This document shows positions 35,771 through 48,933 of a stretch of 64,000 nt of DNA, one piece after another. Source of the stretch: Octopus bimaculoides (Eukaryota); contig NC_068984.1 of NCBI RefSeq assembly GCF_001194135.2, positions 39,848,775-39,912,774 of the forward strand, written 5' to 3'. Below the pieces are notes generated by a model. It saw nothing but the letters and a program-made list of their open reading frames with translations. It did no database searches and was not told where the DNA came from. The position numbers were made by a program, and so were the translations under genes. Within the stretch, counting starts at the first letter, position 1, and each line of letters begins with the position of its first letter.

Positions 35771-38652
35771 ATTTTTTATTATATACTACAATTATTTATA
35801 TGTTTATATTTTTCGAGCCTGGTGTTGCCATCCGGTTTCACCAGTCCTCAGTCAAATCGTCCAACCCATGCTAGCATGGAAAGCGGACGTTAAACGATGA
35901 TGATGATATACTATAATCCATTGCAGTGGGTTGATTCAAGTGTATTTAGAATTTGGTTAAATACTCTACATTTTTTCACTTCTCTACATTAATAATCTGC
36001 TTGTTGTTATCTTTAAATTCAAACATTCCTCATGAGATAACACTATTCTTCATTCATCCTTGATCTCCTGTGTGCGTCATGTAAAAAGCATTGGTATGGG
36101 TGCTGGTGCCACATAAAAATCACCCAACAGACTGTGAAGTGGTTGGCTTTAGAAAGGGCATCCAGCCAGAGAAACCAAGCTAAAACAGACTAGGGAACCT
36201 GGTGCAGCCCCAGGCCTTGCCAGTTCCTCGCAAGCCGTCCAACCCATGACACCATGGAAAATGGACTTTAAATGATGTTGATATAACTCAACATCTATAC
36301 ATGCATATCTCCATAAACTGTTAAAATCTCCATTGTGTGATGTAAATCATCCTGAATAAGGTAAGTGGGAATAGAACAGAACAGTATATTTCAATACAGA
36401 AAGAAAAAAACAGAATCAGCTGTGTTTGAAATCTATTTCATTAAAAAACTAGTTGTGAATTTTCTAAAATTGTTTAAGAATGGCAGAAATAACAAACTAA
36501 TTCTATTCATCATTAAAATATAGACACTGTACAAAAAAAAAAAACATTCTCACAGTATTACAAATTACTCCATAACATGTAGCTAGGAACTTCTTGTCTT
36601 CTTTAGACCTTTCAATCTCTGATTGTTTTGTTGTTGTTCTTTTTCTTCTACAAACGCATACATCACAGACAAAAGTAAAACATTACAAAGACTAGGCTTA
36701 TTCTTCAAGGTTGAAAATAATTCAACTCTGAGCTGTTCTGACATTCTACGAGCTGCAATTAGAGAATTATTCTTACAACTGAGATTTGAACCTATTACAT
36801 ATATAATTTGAACTGCATAAAAAATTATGCCATCCATCTGACATTATACTAATACTGCTCTACAACCACTGGCCCACTGATGCACGGAATCCCCTTTTAT
36901 TTTCTGCCTGTTATTGTATTGTTATTCATCAATTTAGCCCTGACCGAGTAGACCTATGATCAAAGGCGATCCAGCCGTGATCATCATTTTCATATACCAG
37001 CACTGTGGTTTAAAAGAGGATGCGTTCTCATTTCTAGCAGATCAAGCGACCGCTTCTCTTCTACACATATTAAAACAGTGTCTCCCAACTTATCAAATCT
37101 AATTGCTCACTATTCTTTGGATTCGCCTCCGCACGTCTTATCCTTTCAACTATATCTCACACACAAACACCATTTTAAGAATTTCGCTAAAGCCTTTTCT
37201 ATAACTGACATCCATGTTTCTTCTGACTACATATTCCCTTCAAATATAAACCGCCAAACTAAACATCAACAATATCAACCTAAGCAACCATCATCCTTAG
37301 TACCAGATTTAAGAGGACCAGGGTTTACGAACCCTGATCCTTCTCGGATGAAGGTTATAGAAAATAAAAATTAATTTATTTTCCTGTCATTAAACTCTCT
37401 TTTCTATTAATACCATTTAATAAAATAACACTCGAGTTTCGAATTAATATTTTGTACAACAGTGTTTTTTCCGCTTCCGTTATAAATTCTAAGTCTCATC
37501 AAAAATTAACATATCAATTCGATATCACTATATTACTGACACTTTCTTTACATATTCACTTAGCGTACTAATCCTGTTAGTAAGAGCTGGTACGGGGAAT
37601 AGGAGGAGCGAAAACATACTTTAAAATAAAACAGTAAATAAATACAAAATGAATAGTTTGACAAGTGACAAAAAAAAAAAGTCGTACAAAATAAAATAAA
37701 AACACCTGCTGATTTTTCAAAACAGATCTGTTGAATATTAATGTTGAAACTCAGTAGATCCGAACTACAAATTACGTAGAAATCTAAACTAAACAGATTT
37801 TATAGTTTGTTAAGTTGACATAATATGACAGAATAAAATAATGTTTTGTTTGTTTTATTTTTAATCTTCGTTACGAAGTTTAAAAAAAAAAACACTGGCG
37901 GTGATAATAATCAATAAATATTTATAACGTTACAGAAAATATGACGTATGAAAACAAAAAGAAATGTCAAAATGGAGAGACGAAGAAATGTACAGAAAGA
38001 AAACAGAAATGAATAAAAAATCTTTCTGTAACTAGGGATGATCACTTGAGAACTAGACTGGCTAGAAAAATATCAAAAGTATTTACTACAATTAGAAAAA
38101 AAAGATGGTATCTCGCGTCGGCAAAAGTCAATTTCGGAAAAGAGAGAGAAAAAAAAAAGAGAATTGAAATATGATACTGATAATTCTCCAATGAGTACTC
38201 CGAAATAAAAAATATATTTCTTCAGTTTATGCCACACTAACATACTTATTCACATTTTATAGTCATATTAAATGACCCAGTGAATACAAATAATTAATCG
38301 TATACAAATATAACAGAACTAAAACAAATAGTTTTCTGTTACACAAAGTTGATGGAATAACGAACATTTCAACAATAAAGGAGATTTGAAAACGGATTAA
38401 TTAATTGTTTATTGAGGAAAGAAATTAAAATTTTGCAATCGATCAAAGTAGGAAATAAATATAGAATGTAATAACATTGAATTTTATTCTAAAGTTTATG
38501 TAAAGGGTTTGCTAAATAGCTTAACACAGTAAATAACAAACCAAAGAGAAACGACACGCCCTGTGGCAGCAAAAAGAGAGATATTCTACAACAGACAGAT
38601 GGTAAAAGGCTATATATCATATGTTTATAGTTTCATTTGACTTCACATTTAC

Positions 38653-38676
38653 CTGCAAAGTGCCACCAGATGTCAT
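38653..38676 (-). CDS. VPS4: VPS4 exon 1 coding part: MTSGGTLQ
   Basis: ATG at 38676, CAG/GTAAAT donor, phase 0; matches the short Vps4 first exon ending in LQ. Confidence 0.9.
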
Positions 38677-39400
38677 GGATGCTTCTGTTATCAGTTGAAG
38701 ACCCAATAAATGTAATGAAATGGTTGATGAAAATAAGCAATTCAAGTCCAAAATGGAAAGCTTACGACTTCCTGCTATGGAAGCGCCTCTTGCGGCAAAA
38801 GCTGTTAACACTGAAGAAACATAACTCGCCCTTGCATCATTAAATTGATATAACGTTACCCTTCGTTTCAGCTTCATTCATTGAGAGACTTTGTTTAAAT
38901 TCGATTTTAATTAGTTTTAATACAATATTATTGTTATTTTCATTATCAAACCATCTTAAGATCTGTTTCTATTTTGTGTTTATCTTTACTAAAAAGGCAG
39001 TAACGAAAATATTGAAAATTCCGTTAACAGTTCATATTTTGTTTTTTTCCTTTTTTTGCAAAGTTTTGGATCCCGTTATAATCGCGTAAATATTTGTTGA
39101 TTAGGAATGTGTTAGGTGAAAGTTCACTACAAATTTTTTTTAAAAATTAAACTTGGCAATTGACATTAAGAAGTTAGGCAACAGAAAAATAAAATTTACT
39201 CTGTTATTAAAGTAACTCTATTTTAAAGTGAATTTATTTACATCTAGAAAATTAACCTCGTTTACCCTCATCGAAATTTCCTGTACTTAATACAAACTTC
39301 GAGCTAGTTTGAAAAATGCAAAAAACTTCTCTGGAAAAAAAAAATTTTTTTAGACGTTAGATTCAACGTCTTTCGTAAGTCATACACTCTCCTGATACAC
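38677..39400 (-). promoter_or_regulatory. VPS4 5' UTR and promoter region (locally CpG-enriched)
   Basis: Directly upstream of the start codon; CpG is visibly more frequent from about 37400 to 39400 than in the introns. TSS not determinable. Confidence 0.55.
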
Positions 39401-39604
39401 AGAGTATTTAACTTTATGTACTCTTAAATGTATTAAAGATATAGAGTGATATAAATGGAAATGTCGGACATATTTCTACTTTTCAATTTCCAGGTGAGTG
39501 TGTGTTGTTTATTTATTTATTTATTGTACGTTCTATGTTTACTGTTGAAAACATTTGGTGGCATTTGATAAGTTCATATCAATAAATAAATACTTAGCGA
39601 CTTT

Positions 39605-40289
39605 GGAAACACTAAGTTGACATTTCTCCGTTTATACGGGGATTTTTCAGATTTTTTTTTCATGGTACCCTTGGAAATGGTCTGGACTATCTTTTTAGTA
39701 AAAAAAAAATGATGTCACCTCCTTTCCCTCTCCGAACTGATTTTGGGGACACTAAACACTTAAAAACTATAGGAGAAGCCTTTTCAGTTAAAAAAAAAAA
39801 AAGTAATTATTTCTGACGAAGATGTGTGATTTAAAGGAGATTTGGCTGTTGTTTCTAGCATATCCCAGTTTAGGGATGATAAAACTCATGAATTTTCAAA
39901 AAAACTGTTTTCATAGCATGAATAAGATTATGATATGAATGGGGAGAAAATATTGAAAAGCATCAATACTTGTCAGAGTAAGAAACTAGGAAGGATGTCA
40001 TGGGATATGCTAGAAACAACAGTCAAATCTTCCTTTAATCACACACCTGTTCGTCTGAAAATATTTACTTTTTTTTTTTACCGAAAAGGCTTCTATAGCT
40101 TTTAAGGGCACTACCCACAAAAAAATCATCGTACGTAGTGCCCACAAAATCAGTGGGGGGAGGACATCATTTTTTACAAACTTTTTTTTTTTTGTTAAAA
40201 AGATAGTCCAGAGCATTTCCAAGAGCACTGTGAAAAAAAAATCTGAAAAATTCCCGTCGAAACAGAAACTCCAACTTGCTGGCGCTTCC
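39605..40289. mobile_element. Old palindromic MITE-like element
   Basis: Imperfect arms at about 39605-39722 and 40157-40289 (GATTTTTCAGATTTTTTT..CTTGGAAATG.TCTGGACTATCTTTT) and inner arms at 39821-39866 and 40003-40047; no TSD seen. Confidence 0.7.
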
Positions 40290-40480
40290 TCAGTTAGACG
40301 TCCGTCAAATATTTGTTTATATATTACAATTTGTAAATGTTATCAAATTTATTTGGTTCTTGCAATAAGATATACTATTTATTAATTTACTATTTACTTA
40401 TGCAGAAAGAGTGGCTCAGTATTCTGGTTGGACAAGTTAAGATGTGAATGGCTTTGTGAAGAAATAAGGTAATATGAGCT

Positions 40481-41033
40481 CAGATGAGGATTCTTTCCCT
40501 CTTTACACACCCTAAAAAAATTATAATCATGACACATGTATCCCATACTATTGATCTTTATGTGCCCTTCCAATTGATATAGATCCGTAATGCATCTTAC
40601 GGCTGTGCCTGTCACCTGTATAGTGAAGAATTCTACATTGGACAGTAGTAACGACTAGGGTAGGGTAGCTGACTGCTTATTGTGATCATTCATCTTTTGG
40701 TTTCCTGTAGCTTTGCTCTCTTTTACAAACTCAGTGAACATACATATATTTTCTACTTCAAAGAAATTCGAACAATACATATAAGACCCAAGTTAAAAAG
40801 ATTCTCAAAAATTCAACTTCTCTGGTTGACATTAAAACACCCACCCTCAATAGGGGCCTTAACTCCCACATTTTAGAGCTCCATGACATCCATTTTTCAG
40901 GAGCAAAACCCTTTTAATAGGTTCCATAAGACTGGAATTTTGGATTCTGCACATAAAGATCAATAGTATGGGATACATGTGTCATGATTATAATTTTTTT
41001 AGGATGTGTAAAGAGGGAAAGAACCCTCATCTG
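40481..41033. repeat. 85-bp inverted repeat pair (about 2-3 mismatches), 383-bp spacer
   Basis: 40481-40565 is the reverse complement of 40949-41033; CAG..CTG ends, no TSD. Confidence 0.85.
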
Positions 41034-41979
41034 CAATTTTGATGAAATTCGAATCATAGGTATTCCAGTTCATTAGAGAAAATATAACAGAAAAGTCTAA
41101 TTCTTCAATCGCATGTAACACGAGCAATGCCAGGTATCTCTGCTAGTTAGCTCTAAAATAAATTGCTGTTAAAGACACGTACTAATATCAAAAGTGCTGT
41201 ACTTTATAGAAATAAACTATCTGCAAATAAGATTAAAGGTCTTCATTTGAAAGTATAAAAGCACCAACTATGTTCAAATTGGACCATCAACTCAAACATA
41301 AGAGCCATTTAAATACTATCACTTTCTTCAGAAACACAGGTTCGTGTTCTCTTCACAGATCAGACATACCCCCTATTTAGTTGTTGCCCATTCAGGCTCA
41401 AGTGGTAATTTTGGTCCTTTCCTTTAATGTGATACAAAAGTAAACTTTTGTATCAATTTGAAATGACTGATTGTCAGTGAGCTCCGCTTATAGGAAGAAA
41501 TAATGGTAATATTGTGCCCTACAGATAAAGTGACACAGATTTGAAAGGAGTAGCAGTAAGTCACACTACAGAACATCCACTCCACATCAGTTTTGCAAAA
41601 CTGACTTTAGAAGAACTACAACTGACACTACTACAACCACCACCAATGACAATGTTTTATTAATTGTAGAAAATATTGCAGAGCTATGCACAAACTGAGA
41701 CTATGACATATTTTCAGTCCAAACTACTGTCTATAAGCCACACCAATAGACATAAGCCTTTGTTTTATTGGTTATTTTGTTCAACTTAAACACTCTAGTA
41801 AGAAATATATTTACACATTCATTTTGTATGACTGCTCATCACTTACTTTGCATTGTTTTGTCAACACAAGCCATTTCACTATCTTTGCTATACTTTCAGT
41901 TTACAAGAGCTTAAATTAAGAAGATGCTGAACAAAACAAATAATTTAACAACATTCTGATCCTCCAAAGAAAGCTTCAA

Positions 41980-43052
41980 AAGTAACTAATAGGAGATTCT
42001 CTTGAAAATGGACAAAATTTGGCATCATGGTGTTATCAAGTACCTGCAGAAAAATAATTTAGACCCCCACCCCTGCTTTCATTCATAAGGACATTCATAT
42101 TGACATGTTTGCTACATTATGGAATGACACTCCAGCTTTATCAACAGTGCAAAAGTATGTAGCTGAATTTAGGAGGAGAAGGGAGAGTCTTGAAGTTGAC
42201 TCAAGGTTTGGATGTCGTGCAACTGCCACCACCAAGGAAATCATTGATTGTGTTCACCACATTGTGATGGATGACAAGCGATTGACTATGCTATTAGCAT
42301 ATCTTGTGAGAGAGTTGAGAATATTCTGTGCAACAAATTTGATATGATGAAAGTCTCTGCAAAGTCTTCCTACAAAATGCACCAGGCTGACCACATCACG
42401 GGGAAAATCTGACATTGTTTGAGGCAGATCCAGCTGCTTTCCTTGGATGTTTCCAAACCCAGGAGGAGTGTTTTGTTCATCACCTTGAGCGAAAGACAAT
42501 ACACCTGTTCCAAAGAAGGCCAATGTCATTTTATCTTGCAGGGAAGATGATGGCTTGTTTTGGGGGATCTAAAAGACATTGTGCTTATTGACTATCTTCA
42601 AAAGGGCCATACCATCAATGGAGAGTACTATGCCAACTTGTTGAGGCAGTTACAAAAGGCTATCAAAACCAAACGCTCAGGAAAACTGACAAAAGGCATC
42701 TTGTTTCATCAGGACAAGGCTCTAGCACACAAGTCCTTGGTTTCAATGGCTGCTGTTCATGACTGTGGCTTTGACCTGGTTGATCACCCTCCCTATTCTC
42801 TTGATTTAGTCCCATTAGACTAACATGAAAAAACACTTCGCTGGGAACCATTATTGCACTGATGAAGAAATCATATCTTCCATTTATAACTTTTTTGACC
42901 AACAGGGTGAAAGCTTCTTCATCAAATGGATCCAGGCACTGCAACACTAATGGAGGAAGTGTGCAAACTGCAAAAGGGACTATGTTGAAAAATAAATCTC
43001 ATTTGGTCACATTCCACAAGAGTATCTTGATCAGCCTATGAACTTTTCAGCT
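41980..43052 (+). mobile_element. Mariner transposase remnant
   Basis: HTH region LSTVQKYVAEFRRRRESLE; IVLIDYLQKGHTINGEYYANLLRQL, HQDKALAH, HPPYSLDLVPLD; 3' TIR-like AACTTTTCAGCTGACCCT. Confidence 0.9.
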
Positions 43053-45825
43053 GACCCTTATATAATTAAATAAAGAGCTGAAGTTTTGATTGTTGGTATC
43101 TGACAACTGAATCTATGTAAAGAAACACTCCAAAGAATGTAACACAGATTTAGACAACAATAATTGCAGTGTATAGCTGTTGCTTTCAATTAATCATACT
43201 ACTAAAGCTACTGTTATTACCGCCACAAAAGCACCAAGCTGGTAGAATTGTTACTGTTTTAGATAAAATACTTAGCAGCAGTTCTTCCAGTTCTTTACAT
43301 TCTGACTTCAGGTTGACTTTGTCTGTCATCTTTTCAGGGTTGATAAAGTACCAGTTGAGCACTGGGGTTGATATAATTGACTACTCCCTTCTACTAAAAC
43401 TGCTGGCTCAAAAAGACATATTACCACATCAGTATCTTTGTAAGTGACACTTTGTAAACAGAAATTGTGTAAAAAGTACACCAGAGGGACTGTCTCTATT
43501 CTTGGGTGGTGAACTTATTCTATCATCCACTTTATCACCCCCATGATTCCTGAATGCATTTAGTATCAACCACTCTGTTGCAAACATTTGGGAATGGTCT
43601 CTAGTCTTGGGTCAGCTTTTTTCCAGCTTTCTTTAGACAAATAAGAAGGATGAATAGGAATTAATGTTTTTTTTCAATTTTTCAGTCAATTTTATTCAAA
43701 TTTATTGCCTGACTTAGACAGGGCAGATGACCATAACTTACTTGTACATTTCATTTTTGGGTTGGATGGTATTTCTAAAACCAACCATTTTACAGAGTGA
43801 ACCAGGTGTGTTTTATCATCACACCAGCATTAAAAATATTGTCATACCTTTGACAACACTAAAGAGCCCTCTCAACGTTTTCTTTGCACATTCTACAACC
43901 ACTTCACAGACTGTATTAGGTGCATTTTATCATGGTACTAGCACTAATGAGGTTACCTTGTACCCTACAAACAAAAGGGTCTTTACTGCACAACACTGAT
44001 AGCCTTTTGTTCCAAACAATGTTATCAACAGAGTGAGTAGGGATATATATGTATAATGCTTGTATATCATATATCATGTATGATGAATAATTAAAAATAT
44101 ATAGTACTTGATGCAGATATGTAGAGTAATGTATTTATAAAGCAATGCTGGTTACCATTGATTTTATGGTTTGGACCTTCCGGCTTTGTCTCCATATGTT
44201 TTGAGAAAATGAGAAATATCTTTAAAAAAATGTATTTTCTTGAACTTCTATTTTTAAGGTAAATAACTTTTCCTGAAGGGTTATGAGTTATATATCTCCA
44301 TAATTATGATTGCAAAGTTGCTGAAAAAAAAATACATTGTAAATTGTTTGAAGATGATATGAAACCAAACAGAATTAAATGATTAAAATGAATTAAACTT
44401 AGTCAATACTGGGAGAGAGTAATAAGGATGGGGCAGGGGAAATTAAATATAAAAAGGAAAAGTAAATATAAAATTAAAGGTGAATGATAGATAGGAAAAA
44501 AACTGGAAGAGAACAAGGAAATAAAGTTTCAGATGAAACAATATCAGGTATTTGTGCATATATGTGGTTTTGGTCTAGTGAAGACAGTATTTTCCAGTTA
44601 AATAATAGGGTATTTTTTTAAAAGTGTCTGCATTTCTCAAATATGGTGTTTAAATTGAAGCCTTGTTTATGAATGACTTTGAAAATTCTCTACTTCTCTG
44701 CTGTGCACAAGTCACATCTTTTACTTCTAATTTGGCAAATTCTGGATCATTCCAGGTTTTTTCATTTACTATAGTCCAAAACTGTTTCTTTTAGTTTACA
44801 AATATAGTCAGTCCTTCTCTAATGTTCTTTTTATTTATGTTTAAAGGAAGATTTGTAAATGTTTTTTAAATGTTTCTTGTTGTGCTTATGTAAATGTTTA
44901 TGCATTTCAACTAGGTTGAAGTCTGGAGAAGTAACTTCTGCTTCATAAATAACTGTTTCTAAAATGTTCAATTTGTTAGTTGGACATGTTTTAGGGTTTC
45001 TGCTCAAGTATGCAACAAAGGTGTGACCTGTGCATAGCAGAAAAGAGGGAAATCCTCAAAAATCTTCATAAACATCAGATCAAAAATATTCAAGAAATGT
45101 AGATACTTTAAAAAATACCAACTATACAACTAGAGAACATTACATATATGGGCAGACACCTGATATTGTTTCACCTGAAACTTTCTTTTCTCTCTCGTCT
45201 TCTAGCTTTCCTCCTCCTATCCTTCATCCATTTTTATGGTTACTATTCCTTCTTATAACCATCTTCCCATTCCTCCACCCATACTATTCCCCTAATATTG
45301 ATAGGTATATCCAAACTTTCAGATGCATCAACACAAGCCAACATGGAAAGATTGTGTTAAATTACAGTAAAAAAAAAAAAATGCAGAGAAAACAAAAGAT
45401 AGAGAAACAGGTTTGTTTTCCATAATTTTTTCTCACAGTGAACATAATTCAAATCTTTTCAATTTTATTCTCTTTTTCTTTTAAGAGACAAAATAGGGTC
45501 CTGTTTTAGTAATATCATATATATATTGGTTTCAGAGACAGGTAATACAAAAAAGTAGCAATGTAAATGAAATAGTTTCTACAAAGAACTGCAATTAGGT
45601 AGCAGTTCACCAAGAATATATCACACCATAATGCCAGCCTCTCAAAATATCAGGCATACTAGCCATTACAACAGAATGATCTCATTTTTATCTGTCATTT
45701 AATCAGTTATTATAGCAAATAATAAACTGACCCTCTTTAAACTTCAGCAACAAACTGATATAAATTAATTTTCAAATGTGTTTTGCATTTCATTTTCCCT
45801 TCTCAGTCACAACACTTTCCTTGTT

Positions 45826-45876
45826 TCATTCAGAATTTTTTATCTTTGTTGCATTATTCTTTCGCCGGCTTTCTCG
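45826..45876 (-). CDS. CMC2: CMC2 last coding exon: RESRRKNNATKIKNSE*
   Basis: TTTCTTTTTATAG acceptor, phase 0, TGA at 45826-45828; basic R..RRKN tail as expected after the twin CX9C. Confidence 0.8.
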   Translation of the reverse strand, partial: RESRRKNNATKIKNSE

Positions 45877-47129
45877 CTATAAAAAGAAAATTGATAAAGA
45901 ATTGTTAAATGATTGATAGCTATATACATACATGTGTGTATGTGTGTGAGTGAGTGTGTACATAAGGCAGCATAACTTAATTCAAGGTCAAGAGTATAGT
46001 GACGATTAATATTAATTATTCCATTTAATTTATTTAATCTCTTATGACTTTAACTATACATGAATATAATGAAAATTTTTTACTCTTGTAAATAAGTTTA
46101 AATATGAACATTTTAAATGAGCTTCATGCAGTTATTAACAGTATCGATAATTCCACAAAATGAAGTCACTGAATTGAAGAACATTTAGAGCATATATGAC
46201 AAAACAGAATACATGCCTTAACTATCAAGACAAAATCATATGGCACTAACACTTGGCTACTTGAAATTTCTCAAAATAGAATGACATCTATAAGGTATTG
46301 TTTTACAATATAGTCCATACAATTCACTCAATACTTTGGGGTTTTTTTTTTTTGTTGAATATTCATGTCAACCCAATTCTATATGCTTTCTCTCAGTTTT
46401 AAATCCTGGGACTATGTTGGCCACAGCAGCATTCAAATTTTTCTCATTTTGATTAATTCCTTGGTCATTCTTGTAGCATGCTTTAAGTGATTGTAATGCT
46501 GAAAAATCCACAACTGGCCCAAATGACTCTCCAGATAAGTTATACCATTCATGATGTTCTTAATCTAATGTATAGCACACCCCCACCTTTTCCAGATACA
46601 TAACTTCAAACTATAACATTACCTTGCTTAAATGGCTTATTTATGTACTCTGGGTGAAATTTGTGACATAGAACATACACTCAGACATCAAAGCTGGACA
46701 AATTAAATTTTAACTCATTGAACCACAAGATTTATTGCCAATCTAGCAACATCCAATTTCTATTCTCCTTGGTGAGCTAAATATTGACATCAATTTTTCA
46801 GAGAGAATGTACATCCTTTTATGCTCAAGAAGTTTTGTATGCCCAAACAGCTTTAGTCAATTTTTGATGGAAATGATACCACACTGCATGTGTTATTGCT
46901 ACTGAATTTTGTCTGAAATGCTATCAGCAGTCATTTTTATCTTCTCAATCAACAAATAGTACATTCTTTCAGTAGTTTTTTTGTTTTTATATAGCTGTCC
47001 TGATCAAGGATGGTCAAATAGTCATCCCTTTCTTTTAAGATGTCCACAACAGCAGATGAAGAGCATCCAATTTCAGTAGCTATATCTTGAAAAGTCAATT
47101 TCAGTTTATTCAGTTGGACAGTTCGTGGT

Positions 47130-47620
47130 TATCATGAACACCATGATCATTTTTACACCTGTTTTTCCCATATTTGCATGGGTTGATGAATCCTCTCCAA
47201 CACAATATTACACCATTTATTGCATTCTTTTTATCACCTGCTTTGTGAAGTTCAAAATCCTGAGATCAACCTTCACCACTTTTGCTTATGTTTCCCTTGG
47301 ACTTCCTCTTCCATTGGATCCTTCAACATAAATCTTCTGGTACTTCTTCACCCACCTGTCAACATCTATACACATTATATGTCTATATCAGCACAGCCAT
47401 CACTTTGGCACACTAAAGTTCATACCTCTTCTACCCAATTCTTCTATCAGCTGGTTTTGCCTCATCAATTATGCATAGTAACATTACACATTCAGCGAAT
47501 CATACTTATTACATTTTTTCCCCACCCTTCACACATCCTCTGCATTCAGTGCCCATGTTTCACTACCATACAGCATCACAATTCATTTCATATCTTTCAC
47601 TTATAGTAGCTGCCTGAAGT
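47130..47620 (-). mobile_element. Old RTE-type LINE 3' fragment (different subfamily)
   Basis: Minus strand GSNGRGSPRET corresponds to the RTE C-terminal GRGRPRKTW box; (ATG/ATC)-like tail near 47130. Confidence 0.55.
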
Positions 47621-48888
47621 TTTTCCACCTTATTGTAATTCTGGCCCTACATTTTTCATATTACTATCTACTTGATAACTGGTCCCTCAGTTATCAAGAA
47701 CATTGAATGTTAGTCCTGTATACACATTTAGTGATTATCATTACTGTGACACCTGTAGACACCTGTGTGCTTCCAGCTTTGGAATGTGGAGTCACATGCA
47801 CTCTCATTGCTGAGAAGACAGACTTTGTCATCATCGGACACTGATGGACTACCAATACTGAGTTGGAGTTTTGCAATTTTTACAAGTTGGATGCACTTCC
47901 TATCATCAACCACTTTACAGTGTGTATTGAGTGCACTTTTTTTCATATCACCAACAACATATTAGGTGGCTTTCAGGACTTAAGTGTCCTCTTCACACTC
48001 AGTTTTTATTCAAAGTGGTTGCTCACCAAAACAATCTGCTTTCACTATAGTTTACAGAAGGCATGCCTACTCTGATTAGCTTTTTCATCATAATGAATCA
48101 TAGTATTATGTAATCAAATTGTTGTTAATAGTTTGTCTAACTTTGACTATCATATTGAATACTGAAATTAAAATACTTTTTTTTTAATTTTTAAATTAAG
48201 TGACATTCATTTATGCTAATTAAACCTTTTACATTTAAACTTACAATTAAAAGAGGAAAAAAATCCTCTTCTTAATTATATATATTTTGAATCCTTTGTG
48301 ATTAATCATCATTACCTCACACTGCCTCTTACACCAACTCAAGGAAGGAATAAATATAAAGTATGAGAGAGAGGGGGGAGAGAGAGAGAAAAAAAGAATT
48401 GTTTCTTACCTATCAATATCCCCACCCCATCTCCACCACTGTGTAAGATACTCGTGATCATCTAGGTGTTCAGTGAAGGAGTTTATAATGGTCATGTGAC
48501 TTGCTGGGAAATTTCCGACTGTCTTAAATAAAGGCTATATTGGGTAATGATGATATATGTATATGTATATACACACACACATACATATAATTAATAGAGG
48601 AGCTGTAGTTTGTTCTCTTGTTACCGTAATAAATCAAATTACATCTCCTCTTCTTCAGGCATTATGCTTATCTCTCCCTCCTCACTCTTGTCCTCCCCTA
48701 CTGCCAACTGTATCATTGCTATCCTGTCATCCCTCTCCCACATACCCAGGTTTCACAAGCCACAGCATTCTCCCTTTCTCCCTTTTTGCATTCTCGTGAA
48801 CTCTCCTACTCATGCACCCTGGAAAATCCTCTAACATTCAATTTATATTCATGTCCTTGTACCTTGAAAGTATGCCCTGGCACATCAC

Positions 48889-48933
<45 letters not shown>

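Noticed and set aside
38775-38800. GCGCCTCTTGCGG as a CTCF site at the VPS4 promoter
   Set aside because: One base short of the core spacing; not distinguishable from chance without ChIP data.
41376-41560. Plus-strand exon-like pieces (CACAG/ATCAGAC..GTG/GTAATT and CTACAG/ATAAAG..GCA/GTAAGT)
   Set aside because: Joining them gives no recognisable protein and an early stop; unsupported.
45808-45876. Longer CMC2 ending (..KIKILNETRKVL)
   Set aside because: Recounting the T-run at 45836-45841 places TGA at 45826-45828; the correct ending is ..KIKNSE*.
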